Shown here piece by piece: positions 1 through 10,102 of a stretch of 64,000 bases of DNA (positions are counted from its first letter, which is position 1; the number at the start of each line of letters is the position of its first letter). Source of the DNA: an uncultured Actinomycetes bacterium (GTDB lineage: Bacteria; Actinomycetota; UBA4738; HRBIN12); assembly GCA_963704725.1 (NCBI GenBank), contig OY969934.1, positions 320,001 through 384,000 on the forward strand, in the 5' to 3' direction. The notes beneath the pieces were generated by a model. The model was not told the DNA's origin. It saw nothing but the letters and a program-made list of their open reading frames with translations, and searched no databases. The position numbers and the translations under genes are program-made.

Positions 1-349
1 CCGGACGCTCCCGATCGAGCTCGAGGAGGCGGCGCGGATCGACGGAGCCTCGCGGCTCGGCGTGCTGTTCAAGATCGTGCTGCCGCTGTCGGGGCCGGCG
101 CTCGCGACGCTGGCCATCGTCACGTTCCTGTGGACGTGGAACGACTTCCTGCTCCCGCTCGTGACCATCTACTCTCCGAACCACATGACGCTGCAGCTCG
201 GTCTCGCGACGTTCCAGGGCGCCCATTCGACGAACACGCACCTGCTCATGGCGGCGAACGTGATGAGCCTCGTGCCGATGCTGGTGCTGTTCCTCGTGCT
301 GCAGCGGTACTTCATCCGCGGCATCGCCACGACCGGGCTCAAGGGGTGA
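1..349 (+). CDS. Carbohydrate ABC transporter permease (MalG-type), 5' truncated by window edge
   Basis: EAA loop (ELEEAARIDGA), WTWNDFLLPL, C-terminal QRYFIRGIATTGLKG. Confidence 0.9.
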   Translation, partial: RTLPIELEEAARIDGASRLGVLFKIVLPLSGPALATLAIVTFLWTWNDFLLPLVTIYSPNHMTLQLGLATFQGAHSTNTHLLMAANVMSLVPMLVLFLVLQRYFIRGIATTGLKG

Positions 350-353
350 GGTC

Positions 354-1469
354 GTGGCCGAGGTCGTGATCGACGGCGTCACGAAGGAGTTCCTCGGCGG
401 CGCGGTGGCCCTGGAGGACCTGTCGCTGCAGATCCCCGACGGCGAGTTCATGATCCTGGTCGGGCCGTCGGGATGCGGGAAGACGACCGCGCTCCGCTGT
501 GTCGCCGGGCTCGAGCGGCCGACGCGCGGCCGGATCCTGATCGGCGATCGGGTCGTCAACGACGTGACCCCGCGGGACCGGGACATCGCCATGGTCTTCC
601 AGAGCTACGCCCTGTATCCGCACATGTCGGTCCGCCGGAACCTGGCGTTCGGCCTGAAGGAGCGGAGGACGCCGAAGCCGGAGGTCGAGCGGCGGGTCCT
701 CGAGATCAGCTCGATGCTCGGCCTCGACGACCTGCTCAAGCGCCGCCCGGCGCAGCTCTCGGGCGGGCAGCGGCAGCGGGTGGCGATGGGGCGGGCGCTC
801 GTGCGCGAGCCGAAGGCGTTCCTGCTGGACGAGCCGCTGTCGAACCTCGACGCGAAGCTCCGCGTGCAGATGCGGGCCGAGCTCAAGCGGCTCCACGCCC
901 GGCTCGGCATCACTACGATCTACGTGACGCACGACCAGGTCGAGGCCATGACCCTCGGCGACCGCATCGGCGTCCTGTCCGCCGGCCGCCTGCAGCAGGT
1001 CGGGCCGCCGCAAGAGCTCTACGACCGGCCGTGCAACCTGTTCGTCGCCGGGTTCATCGGGAGCCCGCCGATGAACCTGGTGCGCGGGATGGCCTCGGCC
1101 GGTCGCGTCACCGCGGGGGACCTGACCTTCGAACGAGGCGGCGTCCCGGACGGGGAGGTCGCGATCGGCATGCGCCCGGAGGCCTACGTCCCGGGCGACG
1201 ACGGGCTGCCGTCGCTCGAGCTGCTGGTCGACGTCGTCGAGCCACTCGGCGACGAGGTGGTCGTCCACGGGACCACGCCGGGCACCGCCGTCGAGAGTGG
1301 CGCCGAGGAGGAGGAGGTCCCGGTCGCCGTGGAGGAGTCGCGGGCTCCCATCACCGCGCGGTTCGACCCCGACGTTCGGCTGCGACCCGGCGAGCGGATC
1401 CGGCTCGGCGTCCGGCCCGAGCGCGTGCACCTGTTCGACGTTCGCACGGGCGTCGCGATCGGCCGCTGA
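354..1469 (+). CDS. Sugar ABC transporter ATP-binding protein (MalK/UgpC family)
   Basis: Walker A GPSGCGKT, LSGGQRQR signature, LLDEPLSNLDAKLR, YVTHDQ. Confidence 0.95.
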   Translation: MAEVVIDGVTKEFLGGAVALEDLSLQIPDGEFMILVGPSGCGKTTALRCVAGLERPTRGRILIGDRVVNDVTPRDRDIAMVFQSYALYPHMSVRRNLAFGLKERRTPKPEVERRVLEISSMLGLDDLLKRRPAQLSGGQRQRVAMGRALVREPKAFLLDEPLSNLDAKLRVQMRAELKRLHARLGITTIYVTHDQVEAMTLGDRIGVLSAGRLQQVGPPQELYDRPCNLFVAGFIGSPPMNLVRGMASAGRVTAGDLTFERGGVPDGEVAIGMRPEAYVPGDDGLPSLELLVDVVEPLGDEVVVHGTTPGTAVESGAEEEEVPVAVEESRAPITARFDPDVRLRPGERIRLGVRPERVHLFDVRTGVAIGR

Positions 1470-2962
1470 TCACCGGCAGGGCGTCCAGGGCTCGCGTAGA
1501 GGCTGTAGTTCCGGGCCTTGACGATCGAGCTGAAGTCCCAGGCGTTCGCCGTGTCGCAGAACTCGCCGGGGTCGAGCCGGTACTCGGCCTGGAAGACCGG
1601 CTTGCCGGACTCGATGAACGCCCGCCAGGCCGGCGCCGGGATAGCCGCCGCCGTCGCACTCGTCGTACTGGAAGCACTGCTCGTTGATCGCGTAGTCGAA
1701 CGACGAGAGCAGGTCCTGCGATCTGGCCGCCGTCATTCTTCAGCGCGACCGAGAGGCCGTCGGCGTGCGCCATCTCGGCGAGAGCCAGGTCGTACGCGAG
1801 CTGCGTCCGGGAGCTCACGCGCCAGCCGGTCGTGTCCCGTCCCTGCGCGTAGGTGTCGACGATGTCGTACTCGATGCCGTCGAACCCGGCCGCCGCGACC
1901 CGGTCGGTTCTCGCGCGCATCATCTGGAGCATGAAGTCGCGCTGGCCGTGGTCGTCGTTCAGGTTCGCCCAGTACTCGTCGGGGAAGCGGCGGCTGAACG
2001 GGTTGCCGAGCAGGCAGCCGTCGCACCGCCGGTCGAAGTCGACGAACTGCGCGTAGTCGGGGCGCCATCGCTCGGCGTCCCCCGCGGTCACGTAGCCGAT
2101 CGCGTGGCGGTCCGAGGCGTGGATCGCGTCGACGGCCGCCGTGTCGATCACGTAGCCGAACCGGCCGGCGATCTGTGGGTCGACGTAGATGTCGATGTCG
2201 AAGACGTCCGGACGCACACACGGGCCGCCGCCGAACGGCGGTTCGCAGACGTCGACGTCGATCCCGTTGGTCGCCTCGTGCTCCCCAGCCCGGGCCTCGA
2301 GCTGCCACTGCCAACGGGTGCCGACGGCGGGGAGCCACGGTGCCGAGGCGGGGCCGGCGCTCGAGTAGACCCACAGGGACTCCCAATCGAGGCGGGCGTC
2401 GCCGGGCTCGGCCGCCCGGAGCCGGATCCGCAGCTCACGCGTGCCGGGGTCCACGAGGTCGGCGAGGCTCGCGCCCGGCGCGTGGATCACGTTGTCCTGC
2501 ACGTACTTCCACCGGGCGCGCCGGAGGTCGTCGCACGGCCACTGGGCCGTCCCCGCGTCGCCGCCGCAGTGGTTCTGGTTCCCGAGCCGGACCCACGCGT
2601 CGCGCGCCCAGTCGAACGCGCTCCACGTCCATGCGTTCGATCGCGCCCTCGGGCCGCGGAGGTTCGCCACGAGCGTGATCGTCGTGACGGCCGAGGGCGC
2701 GACGTCGGCCGGCAGGACGTACGTGCGGGTGCCCGAGTACGGCTCGTCGGTCCCGGTCAGCCTGGACGAAGCGGGACGGGTCGTCCTGCGTCCCCGACTG
2801 ATCGCGCGCCGCGAGCGCCTCGACCGATCCCTCGTGCGAGCCGACGGCGTCGGTCAGGGCGGTCGGCGCGAGCTCGCTCAGGCGGACGGGTTCGGCGGCG
2901 GCGGTCGACGGCACGCTGAGGAGCGTTCCGACGATCGCCAGCGCGACGACGAGCCGATTCAC
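1470..2962 (-). CDS. Secreted endo-alpha-1,4-polygalactosaminidase-like protein (GH114) with N-terminal accessory domain; several 1-bp frameshifts
   Basis: Signal peptide VNRLVVALAIVGTLLSVPSTAAA; WQWQL, GFDGIEYDIVD, LKND, FDYAINEQCFQYDEC, KPVFQAEY spread over three frames; GTG start overlaps the upstream stop. Confidence 0.75.
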
Positions 2963-4296
2963 CGGTCGAACTGTGGCAGCCATCGCGCCTCCGCTTCGAG
3001 CATCCGATCCGCCATCTCGTGGATCCGGGGCAGGGTGAGCACGGCGCCCGTCAGCGGGTCGAGTGCGAGGGCCGTGTGGACGAGGTCCCGGTCGCCGGTG
3101 GTCGCCGCCTCGACGGTCAGGCGCTGCACGTTGACCTGGACCTCGTTGAGCGCGGCGCAGGCCGGCGGGAGCGCACCGTAGGGCGTGGGGTGCACGCCGT
3201 TCGCGTCGACCGAGCACGCCACCTCGACGCAGGCGTCGGGCGGGAGGTTGTCGATCAGCCCGGCGTTGCGCACGTTCCCGTACACGACGCGCGGCGTTCC
3301 GGTGACCATGCTGTCGACGATGAGCGCCGCGAACTCGCCTCCGTGCCGGAGCCCGTTCGTCCGCGCGTCCTCGACGATGTCCTCGTTCGTCACGTCGGCC
3401 GTCGTCGACCGGCAGATCTCGAGGTAGTCCCACCGGCGGTCCAGGTACTCCTCGACCAGCTCGGGCGTCTTGCGGAACCACGCCCAGTACTCGCTGGCGT
3501 GGTGGCTCGACTCGGTGTGGAAGTAGCCCGTGAGCCGCATGAGCTCGGCCCGGACGCGCTCGATGCTCTCGTAGGCGTCGTCCGACCGCGGCAGCAGGGG
3601 GATCGAGCGCTCCACGTGCCGCCGCGTCATGACGTCGCGGATCCGGGGGATCAGGTCCTCGTCGCCGCGGCGAAACGTCGTGAACCAGGCCGTGTGGTTC
3701 ACGCCGGCGCACTCGAAGGTCACCTCGTCGCGCGGAACCCCGAGCTCGCGAGCCAGGAGCTCGGACGTCCCCTGGACGCTGTGGCACAGGCCGACGACGT
3801 TCACGCGGGTGAGGTCCGTGGCCCAGCAGTTCACCGACATGGGGTTCGCGTAGTTGAGGAGGAGGGCGTCCGGGCAGATCTCGAGCATGGTCTCGGCCAC
3901 CACGCGGAGCGCCTCGACCGTCCGCAGCCCGCGGAACAGCCCGCCCGGCCCGAGCGTGTCGCCTACGGTCTGGTCGATCCCGAACTCCCGGGGGATCTCG
4001 ATGTCGGCGCCGTACGCGTCGAGTCCCCCGACCTGGAACACCGTCAACACGACGTCGGCGCCGGCGAGAGCCTCGCGCAGCTCGCGCGCCACGCGGACGC
4101 GCGCGGGCACCCGACCGATCTCGATCAGGGCCTCGACGAAGCCGCGGGTGCGCTCCGCCGCCGGGACGTCGAGGTCGTACAGCACGAACTCGGAGCCCCC
4201 CAGCGCCGGGAACGAGAGCACGTCGCGGGCGAGCTCCAGCGGGAACACCCACCCGCCCGCGCCCACGATCACGATCCGCGGCGTCTCCGAGGGCAT
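2959..4296 (-). CDS. melA: NAD-dependent alpha-galactosidase (GH4, MelA-like)
   Basis: IVIVGAGG, QTVGDTLGPGG, LLNYANPM, GLCHSVQ, GVNHTAW, TESSHHASEY. Confidence 0.85.
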   Translation of the reverse strand: MPSETPRIVIVGAGGWVFPLELARDVLSFPALGGSEFVLYDLDVPAAERTRGFVEALIEIGRVPARVRVARELREALAGADVVLTVFQVGGLDAYGADIEIPREFGIDQTVGDTLGPGGLFRGLRTVEALRVVAETMLEICPDALLLNYANPMSVNCWATDLTRVNVVGLCHSVQGTSELLARELGVPRDEVTFECAGVNHTAWFTTFRRGDEDLIPRIRDVMTRRHVERSIPLLPRSDDAYESIERVRAELMRLTGYFHTESSHHASEYWAWFRKTPELVEEYLDRRWDYLEICRSTTADVTNEDIVEDARTNGLRHGGEFAALIVDSMVTGTPRVVYGNVRNAGLIDNLPPDACVEVACSVDANGVHPTPYGALPPACAALNEVQVNVQRLTVEAATTGDRDLVHTALALDPLTGAVLTLPRIHEMADRMLEAEARWLPQFDR

Positions 4297-4384
4297 GTCG
4301 TGCCGATCCTAGCGAACCACCGGTGCGCCCCGGTCGAAGGAGGGTCGGGCCGCATCGACGCCGCCCAGGCGGAAGGAGAGGTTC

Positions 4385-4864
4385 ATGAGACGGATCGGGA
4401 TCATCGCGATCTCGGCGGGACTGGCGCTGGCGCTGGCCGCGTGCAGCAGCACGACGAACGACTCGACGTCGACGTCGCCGACGGGCGCAGCCGCCGCATC
4501 GACCGCCCCGGCCGGTTCGACGGCTCCGGCCGCGACGAGCACACCGGCCGCGACGAGCACACCGGAGGACTCCGGCGGACTCTCGGGCACCTGGTCGGGG
4601 CAGTACGACGGCGCCTACCACGGCACCTTCGTCCTCGACTGGCAGCAATCGGGGACGAACCTCAGCGGCACGATCGAGCTGTCGTCTCCGGCCCAGACCC
4701 TCAGCATCGACGGGACCGTGGAGGGGGGCACGATCAGCTTCGGCACCGTCGGCTCGACGGCGATCACCTACTCGGGAACGGTCTCCGGCGACTCGATGTC
4801 GGGCACGTACGAGGTTCAGGACGGGAGCGGCGGCTCTTGGAGCGCCGCCAAGGAGAGCTCCTGA
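4385..4864 (+). CDS. Putative lipoprotein with Ser/Thr/Pro linker and small beta-rich domain
   Basis: Lipobox LAAC after hydrophobic stretch; RBS AAGGAG; tandem 18-bp repeat encoding PAATST. Confidence 0.75.
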   Translation: MRRIGIIAISAGLALALAACSSTTNDSTSTSPTGAAAASTAPAGSTAPAATSTPAATSTPEDSGGLSGTWSGQYDGAYHGTFVLDWQQSGTNLSGTIELSSPAQTLSIDGTVEGGTISFGTVGSTAITYSGTVSGDSMSGTYEVQDGSGGSWSAAKESS

Positions 4865-4967
4865 GCGAGGGGACCGGCGGCCCGGCGCGGCTCCGCGGCC
4901 CGGCGCGTCGTCGCTCCCTCGGCGCGAGCGCCGGACACGGAGGCCGCGAGCGGGAGAAGATGCGTCC

Positions 4968-5723
4968 GTGCGCGGTCTGGACGACCAGGGGGTGCTCGTC
5001 ACCGGCGGGTCGAGCGGGATCGGCTTCGCGATCGCCGAGCGATTCCTCGCCGAGGGCGCGCGCGTGTTCCTGTGCGGCGTCGACCAGCCCGAGGTGACGG
5101 CGGCGCTGGATCGGCTGGGGCCGGATCGCCCCGTCGCCGGCGCGCCGTGCGACGTCAGCGGGCCCGACGGCGTCGCCGCCCTGGTCGAGGCCGCCGAGCG
5201 GTTCCTCGGCCGGATCGACGTGCTGGCCAACAACGCCGGCATCGCGAGCAAGGCCAGGTTCCTCGACCTGGACCTGGCCGAGCTGGGACCGCACGATCGC
5301 GGTGAACCTCCGCGGGATGTTCCTCGTGGCCCAGGCGGTCGCCCGGCGCATGGTGGCCGAGGCGGCGGCGGGTGCATCGTCAACATGGCCTCGACGAACG
5401 CCCTCGGTGGGGAGGAGGAGTTCGCCCACTACAACGCGTCGAAGGGCGGCGTGCTCCAGCTCACCCGGACGATGGCGATCGAGCTCGCCCCCCGCGGCGT
5501 GCGCGTGAACTGCGTCTGCCCCGGGTTCATCGACACGCCGCTGAACGCGGCCCTGGCCGACGAGGATGCCTCGCGCGCGTACGAGCGTGACAAGATCCCG
5601 CTCGGCCGCCGGGGCCGGCCCGAGGAGGTCGCCGCGGTGTTCGCGTTCCTCGCCTCGGACGACGCCTCGTTCGTCCACGGCGCCGCCGTCGTGGTGGACG
5701 GCGGCCAGACCGCGGTGATGTGA
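4968..5723 (+). CDS. SDR family oxidoreductase (compensating indels at about 5280-5370)
   Basis: TGGSSGIG, NNAG, YNASK, NCVCPG; the expected segment VNLRGMFLVAQAVARRM lies in another frame. Confidence 0.9.
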   Translation: MRGLDDQGVLVTGGSSGIGFAIAERFLAEGARVFLCGVDQPEVTAALDRLGPDRPVAGAPCDVSGPDGVAALVEAAERFLGRIDVLANNAGIASKARFLDLDLAELGPHDRGEPPRDVPRGPGGRPAHGGRGGGGCIVNMASTNALGGEEEFAHYNASKGGVLQLTRTMAIELAPRGVRVNCVCPGFIDTPLNAALADEDASRAYERDKIPLGRRGRPEEVAAVFAFLASDDASFVHGAAVVVDGGQTAVM

Positions 5724-6571
5724 AGGAGACGCCCGTGCCCACGCCGCTCGATCGCACCAGGCAGATCCCGACCGGTCCGGGCAAGGTCACGCTGTGCTGG
5801 CTTGGGCAGGCGGGGTTCGTCGCGCGCGGGCCGGAGGCGACCGTCCTCATCGACCCGTTCCTCTCGCCCCACCGCGGGCGGTTGTACGAGAGCGCCCTCC
5901 CCCCGGCCGAGGCCTCCGGCGTCGACGTCGTGCTCTGCACGCACGAGCACGTCGATCACTTCGACGCGGCGAGCGCGCCGGCCATCGCTAAGGCCTCGCC
6001 CGGCGCGGTCTTCGTGGTGCCCGCTCCGATCGTGGACATGGTGACCGAGGCGGGCATCGCCGCGGAACGCGTGGTGGGGCTTCAGCCGGGGGGCCCCGTC
6101 GAGGTGGCCGGGGTCACGCTCCGCGCCATGCCGGCCATGCACGGGGTCACGATGGCCGACGCGTACGGGTTCGGCGAGGCGCTCTCCGGGGGGATGATCA
6201 GGTTCCTCGGCTACGTGGTGGACCTCGGCGGCGTGCGGCTGTACCACGCGGGCGACACGATCCACTACGAGGGGATGGAGACGCGGCTCCGCGAGCTGTC
6301 GATCGACGTCGCCCTCCTGCCGATCAACGGCCGCGACCCCGAGCGCGAGGGCCGGGACATCGTGGGGAACCTCTCCGAGCGCGAGGCCGCGTGGCTCGCC
6401 GGCGAGATCGACGCGGGCGTGCTCATCCCTATGCACCACGACCTGTTCGAGCGGAACCGCGGCTACCCGGCCCACGTCGTCGAGAGCGTCGAGCGCGAGC
6501 ACCCCGGGACCGCCGTGCTGGTCCCGCCGCGCGAGGTGCCGTTCGTCCTCGCGCCGGCGAGGCCGGCGTGA
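5720..6571 (+). CDS. MBL-fold metallo-hydrolase (UlaG-like)
   Basis: WLGQAGF, THEHVDH, YHAGDT, LLPING, IPMHHD. Confidence 0.85.
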   Translation: MKETPVPTPLDRTRQIPTGPGKVTLCWLGQAGFVARGPEATVLIDPFLSPHRGRLYESALPPAEASGVDVVLCTHEHVDHFDAASAPAIAKASPGAVFVVPAPIVDMVTEAGIAAERVVGLQPGGPVEVAGVTLRAMPAMHGVTMADAYGFGEALSGGMIRFLGYVVDLGGVRLYHAGDTIHYEGMETRLRELSIDVALLPINGRDPEREGRDIVGNLSEREAAWLAGEIDAGVLIPMHHDLFERNRGYPAHVVESVEREHPGTAVLVPPREVPFVLAPARPA

Positions 6572-7566
6572 ACGCGCTCGTCTACCTCGGCCCCCGGCGG
6601 ATGTCGTGGCAGGAGGAACCCGATCCCGAGCCGGGCCCGGGGGAGGTGGTGATCCGGGCCACGGCCTCGGCCGTGTGCGGCTCCGACCTCCACGGCTTCC
6701 GGGAGGCCAGCCCGCGACGGATCCCCCCGCTCGTCATGGGACACGAGACCGTGGGCCGGATCGACGCGGTGGGCGAGGGCGTGGACGCCTCGCGCATCGG
6801 CGAGCGGGTCGTGCTCAAGCCGATCCTGGCGTGCGGCGCGTGCGACCGGTGTCTCGAGGGACGCGACAACATCTGCCGGCAGGGACGTCTCGTGGGGCGG
6901 GACCTCGCCGGCGGGTTCGCCGAGCGCTTCGCCGTCCCGGCGCCGGCGACGGTCCCGATCGCCGGGGACGTGTCCGACGACGTCGCCACCCTGACCGAGC
7001 CGCTGGCGAACGCCGTCCACGTGACGAGCCGGAGCGTGGCCCTCGGTGACACGGTGCTGGTGATCGGCGCCGGGCCGATCGGCGCGCTCATGGCGCGGAT
7101 GGCCGTCGAGCGCGGGGCATCGGCCGTGTTCTCGGCCGATCGCATCCCCTCGCGCCTGGAGCTCGCTCGGGCGCAGGGCGCCCGGCCGCTCGACCCGGAC
7201 GACCCGGAGGGCTCGATGCGGCGCGAAATCGCCGACGGCGTCGACGTGGTGATCGACGCGGTGGGGGTCGAGGCGACGTGGGCCCTTGGCCTCCGCTCGG
7301 TGCGTCCGGGTGGCCGGATCGAGGTGGTGGGTCTCGGGGCGCCCGCCGGGACGATCGACTTCTTCTCCGTGGTCGGCCGCGAGGTCCAGGTCTCCGGGTC
7401 GTTCGGCTGGACGAGCGAAGACTTCCGCCGCGCGCTCGAGCTCGTCGAGGGCGGCTCGATCGACGTCGCCGGGTGGCTGACGGGCTTCTCGATGGCCGAG
7501 GGTCAGCGCGCGTTCGAGGAGCTCGTCGACGGCACGGCACTGTTCAAGGTGGTCCTCGCTCCTTGA
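6568..7566 (+). CDS. Zinc-dependent sugar/alcohol dehydrogenase (MDR)
   Basis: VCGSDLH, GHE, CGACDRC..C, GAGPIG; GTGA overlap with the upstream gene. Confidence 0.9.
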   Translation: MNALVYLGPRRMSWQEEPDPEPGPGEVVIRATASAVCGSDLHGFREASPRRIPPLVMGHETVGRIDAVGEGVDASRIGERVVLKPILACGACDRCLEGRDNICRQGRLVGRDLAGGFAERFAVPAPATVPIAGDVSDDVATLTEPLANAVHVTSRSVALGDTVLVIGAGPIGALMARMAVERGASAVFSADRIPSRLELARAQGARPLDPDDPEGSMRREIADGVDVVIDAVGVEATWALGLRSVRPGGRIEVVGLGAPAGTIDFFSVVGREVQVSGSFGWTSEDFRRALELVEGGSIDVAGWLTGFSMAEGQRAFEELVDGTALFKVVLAP

Positions 7567-7580
7567 ACCCGAACGCGGCG

Positions 7581-8267
7581 ATGTTCGTCTACGCCGACGA
7601 GGTCGCCGAACGCTATCCGGCGATCCGCGCCGGGGTCGCCCACGCGGCCGGCCTGACCAATAGGCCGAGCGGACCGGAGCTGCTGGCCGAGCTCCGCGCC
7701 GAGCAGCGAGCGGCCGCCGACCGGCTGGCGGTCACGACGATCGCGGACCTCCCCTCGATCGCGGCGTGGCGGCGCGCGTTCTCGGCGTTCGGCGCCAAGC
7801 CGACGCAGTACCGCAGCGCGGCGGAAGCCCTGCTGCGCAGGCTCTCCAAGCAGGGCGATCTCCCCAGCATCAACACGCTCGTCGACATCGGGAACCTGGT
7901 CTCGATCCGCTTCGCCGTGCCGGTGGCCGTGTTCAATCTGGCCACCGTGGCCGTTCCCATCACGGTCCGGTTCGCCACCGGCGAGGAGCGGTTCGACGAC
8001 CTCGGGTCCGGCGGGAGCGACGCCCCCGAGCCCGGCGAGGTGATCTTCGTCGACCGGGACGGGGTGGTGTGCGCGCGACGGTGGTGCTGGCGCCAGAGCG
8101 CCGGCAGCGCGACCGGTCCGACCACGGCCGAGGCGCTGTTCGTCGTCGAGGGTCACCACGCCGCCGCGGCGACGGACGTGGAGGCGGCGCTGGCGGATCT
8201 GACTGGGCTGCTCGCGTCGCACCAGCCCGCGAGCGTGGTCACGACCCGAGCGGTCGCTCCGGTCTAA
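7581..8267 (+). CDS. Stand-alone B3/4 (PheRS beta editing-like) domain protein
   Basis: AWRRAFSAFGAKPTQYRSAAEALLRR, LPSINTLVDIGN, RRWCWRQS. Confidence 0.85.
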   Translation: MFVYADEVAERYPAIRAGVAHAAGLTNRPSGPELLAELRAEQRAAADRLAVTTIADLPSIAAWRRAFSAFGAKPTQYRSAAEALLRRLSKQGDLPSINTLVDIGNLVSIRFAVPVAVFNLATVAVPITVRFATGEERFDDLGSGGSDAPEPGEVIFVDRDGVVCARRWCWRQSAGSATGPTTAEALFVVEGHHAAAATDVEAALADLTGLLASHQPASVVTTRAVAPV

Positions 8268-9177
8268 GGGCTTCGAGCGCCTCCGCCATCGTCGGCTGCC
8301 CCCCCGTGCCCCCCACCGCGCGGGTCGAGAGCGCGCCGCACGCCACGGCGAGACCGAGGCAGCGCGACAACGGCCACGACGCCAGGAGTCCGGCGATGAA
8401 CCCCGCGTCGAACGAGTCCCCCGCCCCGACGGCGTCGACGACGTCGACCCGGGGTGCGCCCGTGTGGACGAGCTCGTCCCCCTGCGCGGCCACCGCGCCG
8501 ATCTCTCCGAGCTTCACGGCGACGATGCCGCCGTGCGTGCCGAGTGTGCGGGCCGCGTCCTCGGCGACCTCGACGCGAGCGATCGCGATCGCCTCGGCCG
8601 CGTTGGGGAGGAACACGTCGGTGTGCGGCAGGAGCTCGAGGAGCCAGTCGTCCCACCCCCCGCTCGCGTCCCAGTTGGGGTCGACCGATGTCGTGGCGCC
8701 GGCGCGGTGCGCCTCCTCGAACAGCGACGCCAGCCCGGGACGGAGCGAACGCTGCAGGAAGTACGACGACACATGGACGTGGCGCGCCGACCGCACGAGA
8801 TCGAGGTCGACGTCGTCGGCGGAGAGCGCCTCGACCGTGCCCGGGGACGTGAGGATCGCCCGATCCGTCCCATCGGACAGGATGACCGAGAGTCCCGTGG
8901 GGCCGCGGCCGCCGGTGACGATCCCCGCCGTGCCGACACCCCGCTCGGACAGCGCCCCGACCATGAACGCGCCGAACGGGTCGTCCCCGACGACCCCGCA
9001 GAGCGCCGTCCGCAGGCCGAGTCGCGCGGCGCCGCACGCGGTGATCGCCCCCGAGCCCCCCACGACCAGGGTGTGCTCGACGAGCTGCTCCACCTGGCCG
9101 AACGCCGGCCGAACGTCCCCCCGCAGGACCAGGTCGGGGTTCACGTCGCCCAGCACCAGGAGGTCGAGGTCGGCCAT
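8239..9177 (-). CDS. PfkB family carbohydrate kinase
   Basis: GGSGAITA, DPNWD, PNAAEA, DAVGAGDSF. Confidence 0.9.
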   Translation of the reverse strand: MADLDLLVLGDVNPDLVLRGDVRPAFGQVEQLVEHTLVVGGSGAITACGAARLGLRTALCGVVGDDPFGAFMVGALSERGVGTAGIVTGGRGPTGLSVILSDGTDRAILTSPGTVEALSADDVDLDLVRSARHVHVSSYFLQRSLRPGLASLFEEAHRAGATTSVDPNWDASGGWDDWLLELLPHTDVFLPNAAEAIAIARVEVAEDAARTLGTHGGIVAVKLGEIGAVAAQGDELVHTGAPRVDVVDAVGAGDSFDAGFIAGLLASWPLSRCLGLAVACGALSTRAVGGTGGQPTMAEALEALRPERPLGS

Positions 9178-9381
9178 GGCCGGCCCAGCCTATCGACCGC
9201 CGGTGTCGGGCTCCGGTGGGGCCGGGCCGGCGGTTGGCGCCGTCGCTGCAGGAAAGCACGTCGGCTTGCCCGCGATAGTCACGGAAGGGACAGCATCGCG
9301 CTCGAACGATGGCCGAGCGGTCGGTGCCGGTGGGCTCGCGCGTCGGGACGCTCCATCCCTCGGCACGAGAGGAGGGCGGCG

Positions 9382-9594
9382 ATGGACGTCGAGGAGCTCA
9401 AGCGCGGTGCCCGGATGGTGTGGGGTCTCGGCGACTACCGGGTGGAGGTGATCCTGCGATCGATGCTTCCGCCCGAGCGACTCGTCGAGTTCGAGCGCGA
9501 GGCCGAGCTCCTCGCTCGCGAGATGGCGCGGCCCGAGGGGGACGGCATCGTCATCCCGAACGCGTACCTGCGTGTCCTCGCTCGCAAGCGCTGA
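9382..9594 (+). pseudogene. Probable internally deleted class I SAM methyltransferase remnant
   Basis: N-terminus ELKRGARMVWGLGDY joined directly to a C-terminus-like YLRVLARKR; strong RBS; no SAM-binding motif in 70 aa. Confidence 0.5.
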
Positions 9595-9859
9595 GGGCTC
9601 GAGCGGCAGCCATCGACAGGCCCCTTGAAGATCCGGACCGGCCCACCCGATCGGTCAAGCGCCCGGCGATGGGGCGCAATGCGCTTGACCAGGCCTTTGT
9701 CGAACTGGTCGCCGATCTTGGCACTCCGACCGGTGGTCAACCCTTCCTGGCACACCGGTACTTCAGGTATCACACGCTCAGGGAAGGCTCGAGCAGGTTC
9801 GCCCGGTTGAGAATCCCCTGAGATACCTGGGGTTGAAAGAATGGAACATCGTGCCTAAC

Positions 9860-10102
9860 ATGTCCGAACGCTCGTTCGATGCGGAGCACGGGGAGGAGTC
9901 TCAGGTGATCTCGGAACGCACCCGCAAGCGCCGGGAAGCACTTGAGCGAACCCGGGAGGCTCGCCGCCAGATGCTCGAGGATCCGGCGATCAAGGCGCGG
10001 ACGCGTGAGGTGCTTGACCAGATGGCGGGAGGGGACAAGCCGAAGGAGCCTGGAATCACCAAGGAGAGATTGCCGGACTTCCTTCGTGAGCACAACTCCT
10101 AG
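9860..10102 (+). CDS. Small charged hypothetical protein, antitoxin-like, in a lower-GC islet
   Basis: 80-aa helical ORF; overlaps a second start (GTG 10086) whose frame runs into the downstream promoter. Confidence 0.5.
   Translation: MSERSFDAEHGEESQVISERTRKRREALERTREARRQMLEDPAIKARTREVLDQMAGGDKPKEPGITKERLPDFLREHNS

Noticed and set aside
4526-4565. Tandem 18-bp repeat
   Set aside because: In-frame linker duplication inside a lipoprotein; no CRISPR-like spacers
2435-5386. Very long Arg/Pro/Gly-rich ORFs in the track (983 aa here, also 37285-40458 and 45392-48709)
   Set aside because: Shadow frames of high-GC genes, or real genes extended by stop-poor sequence
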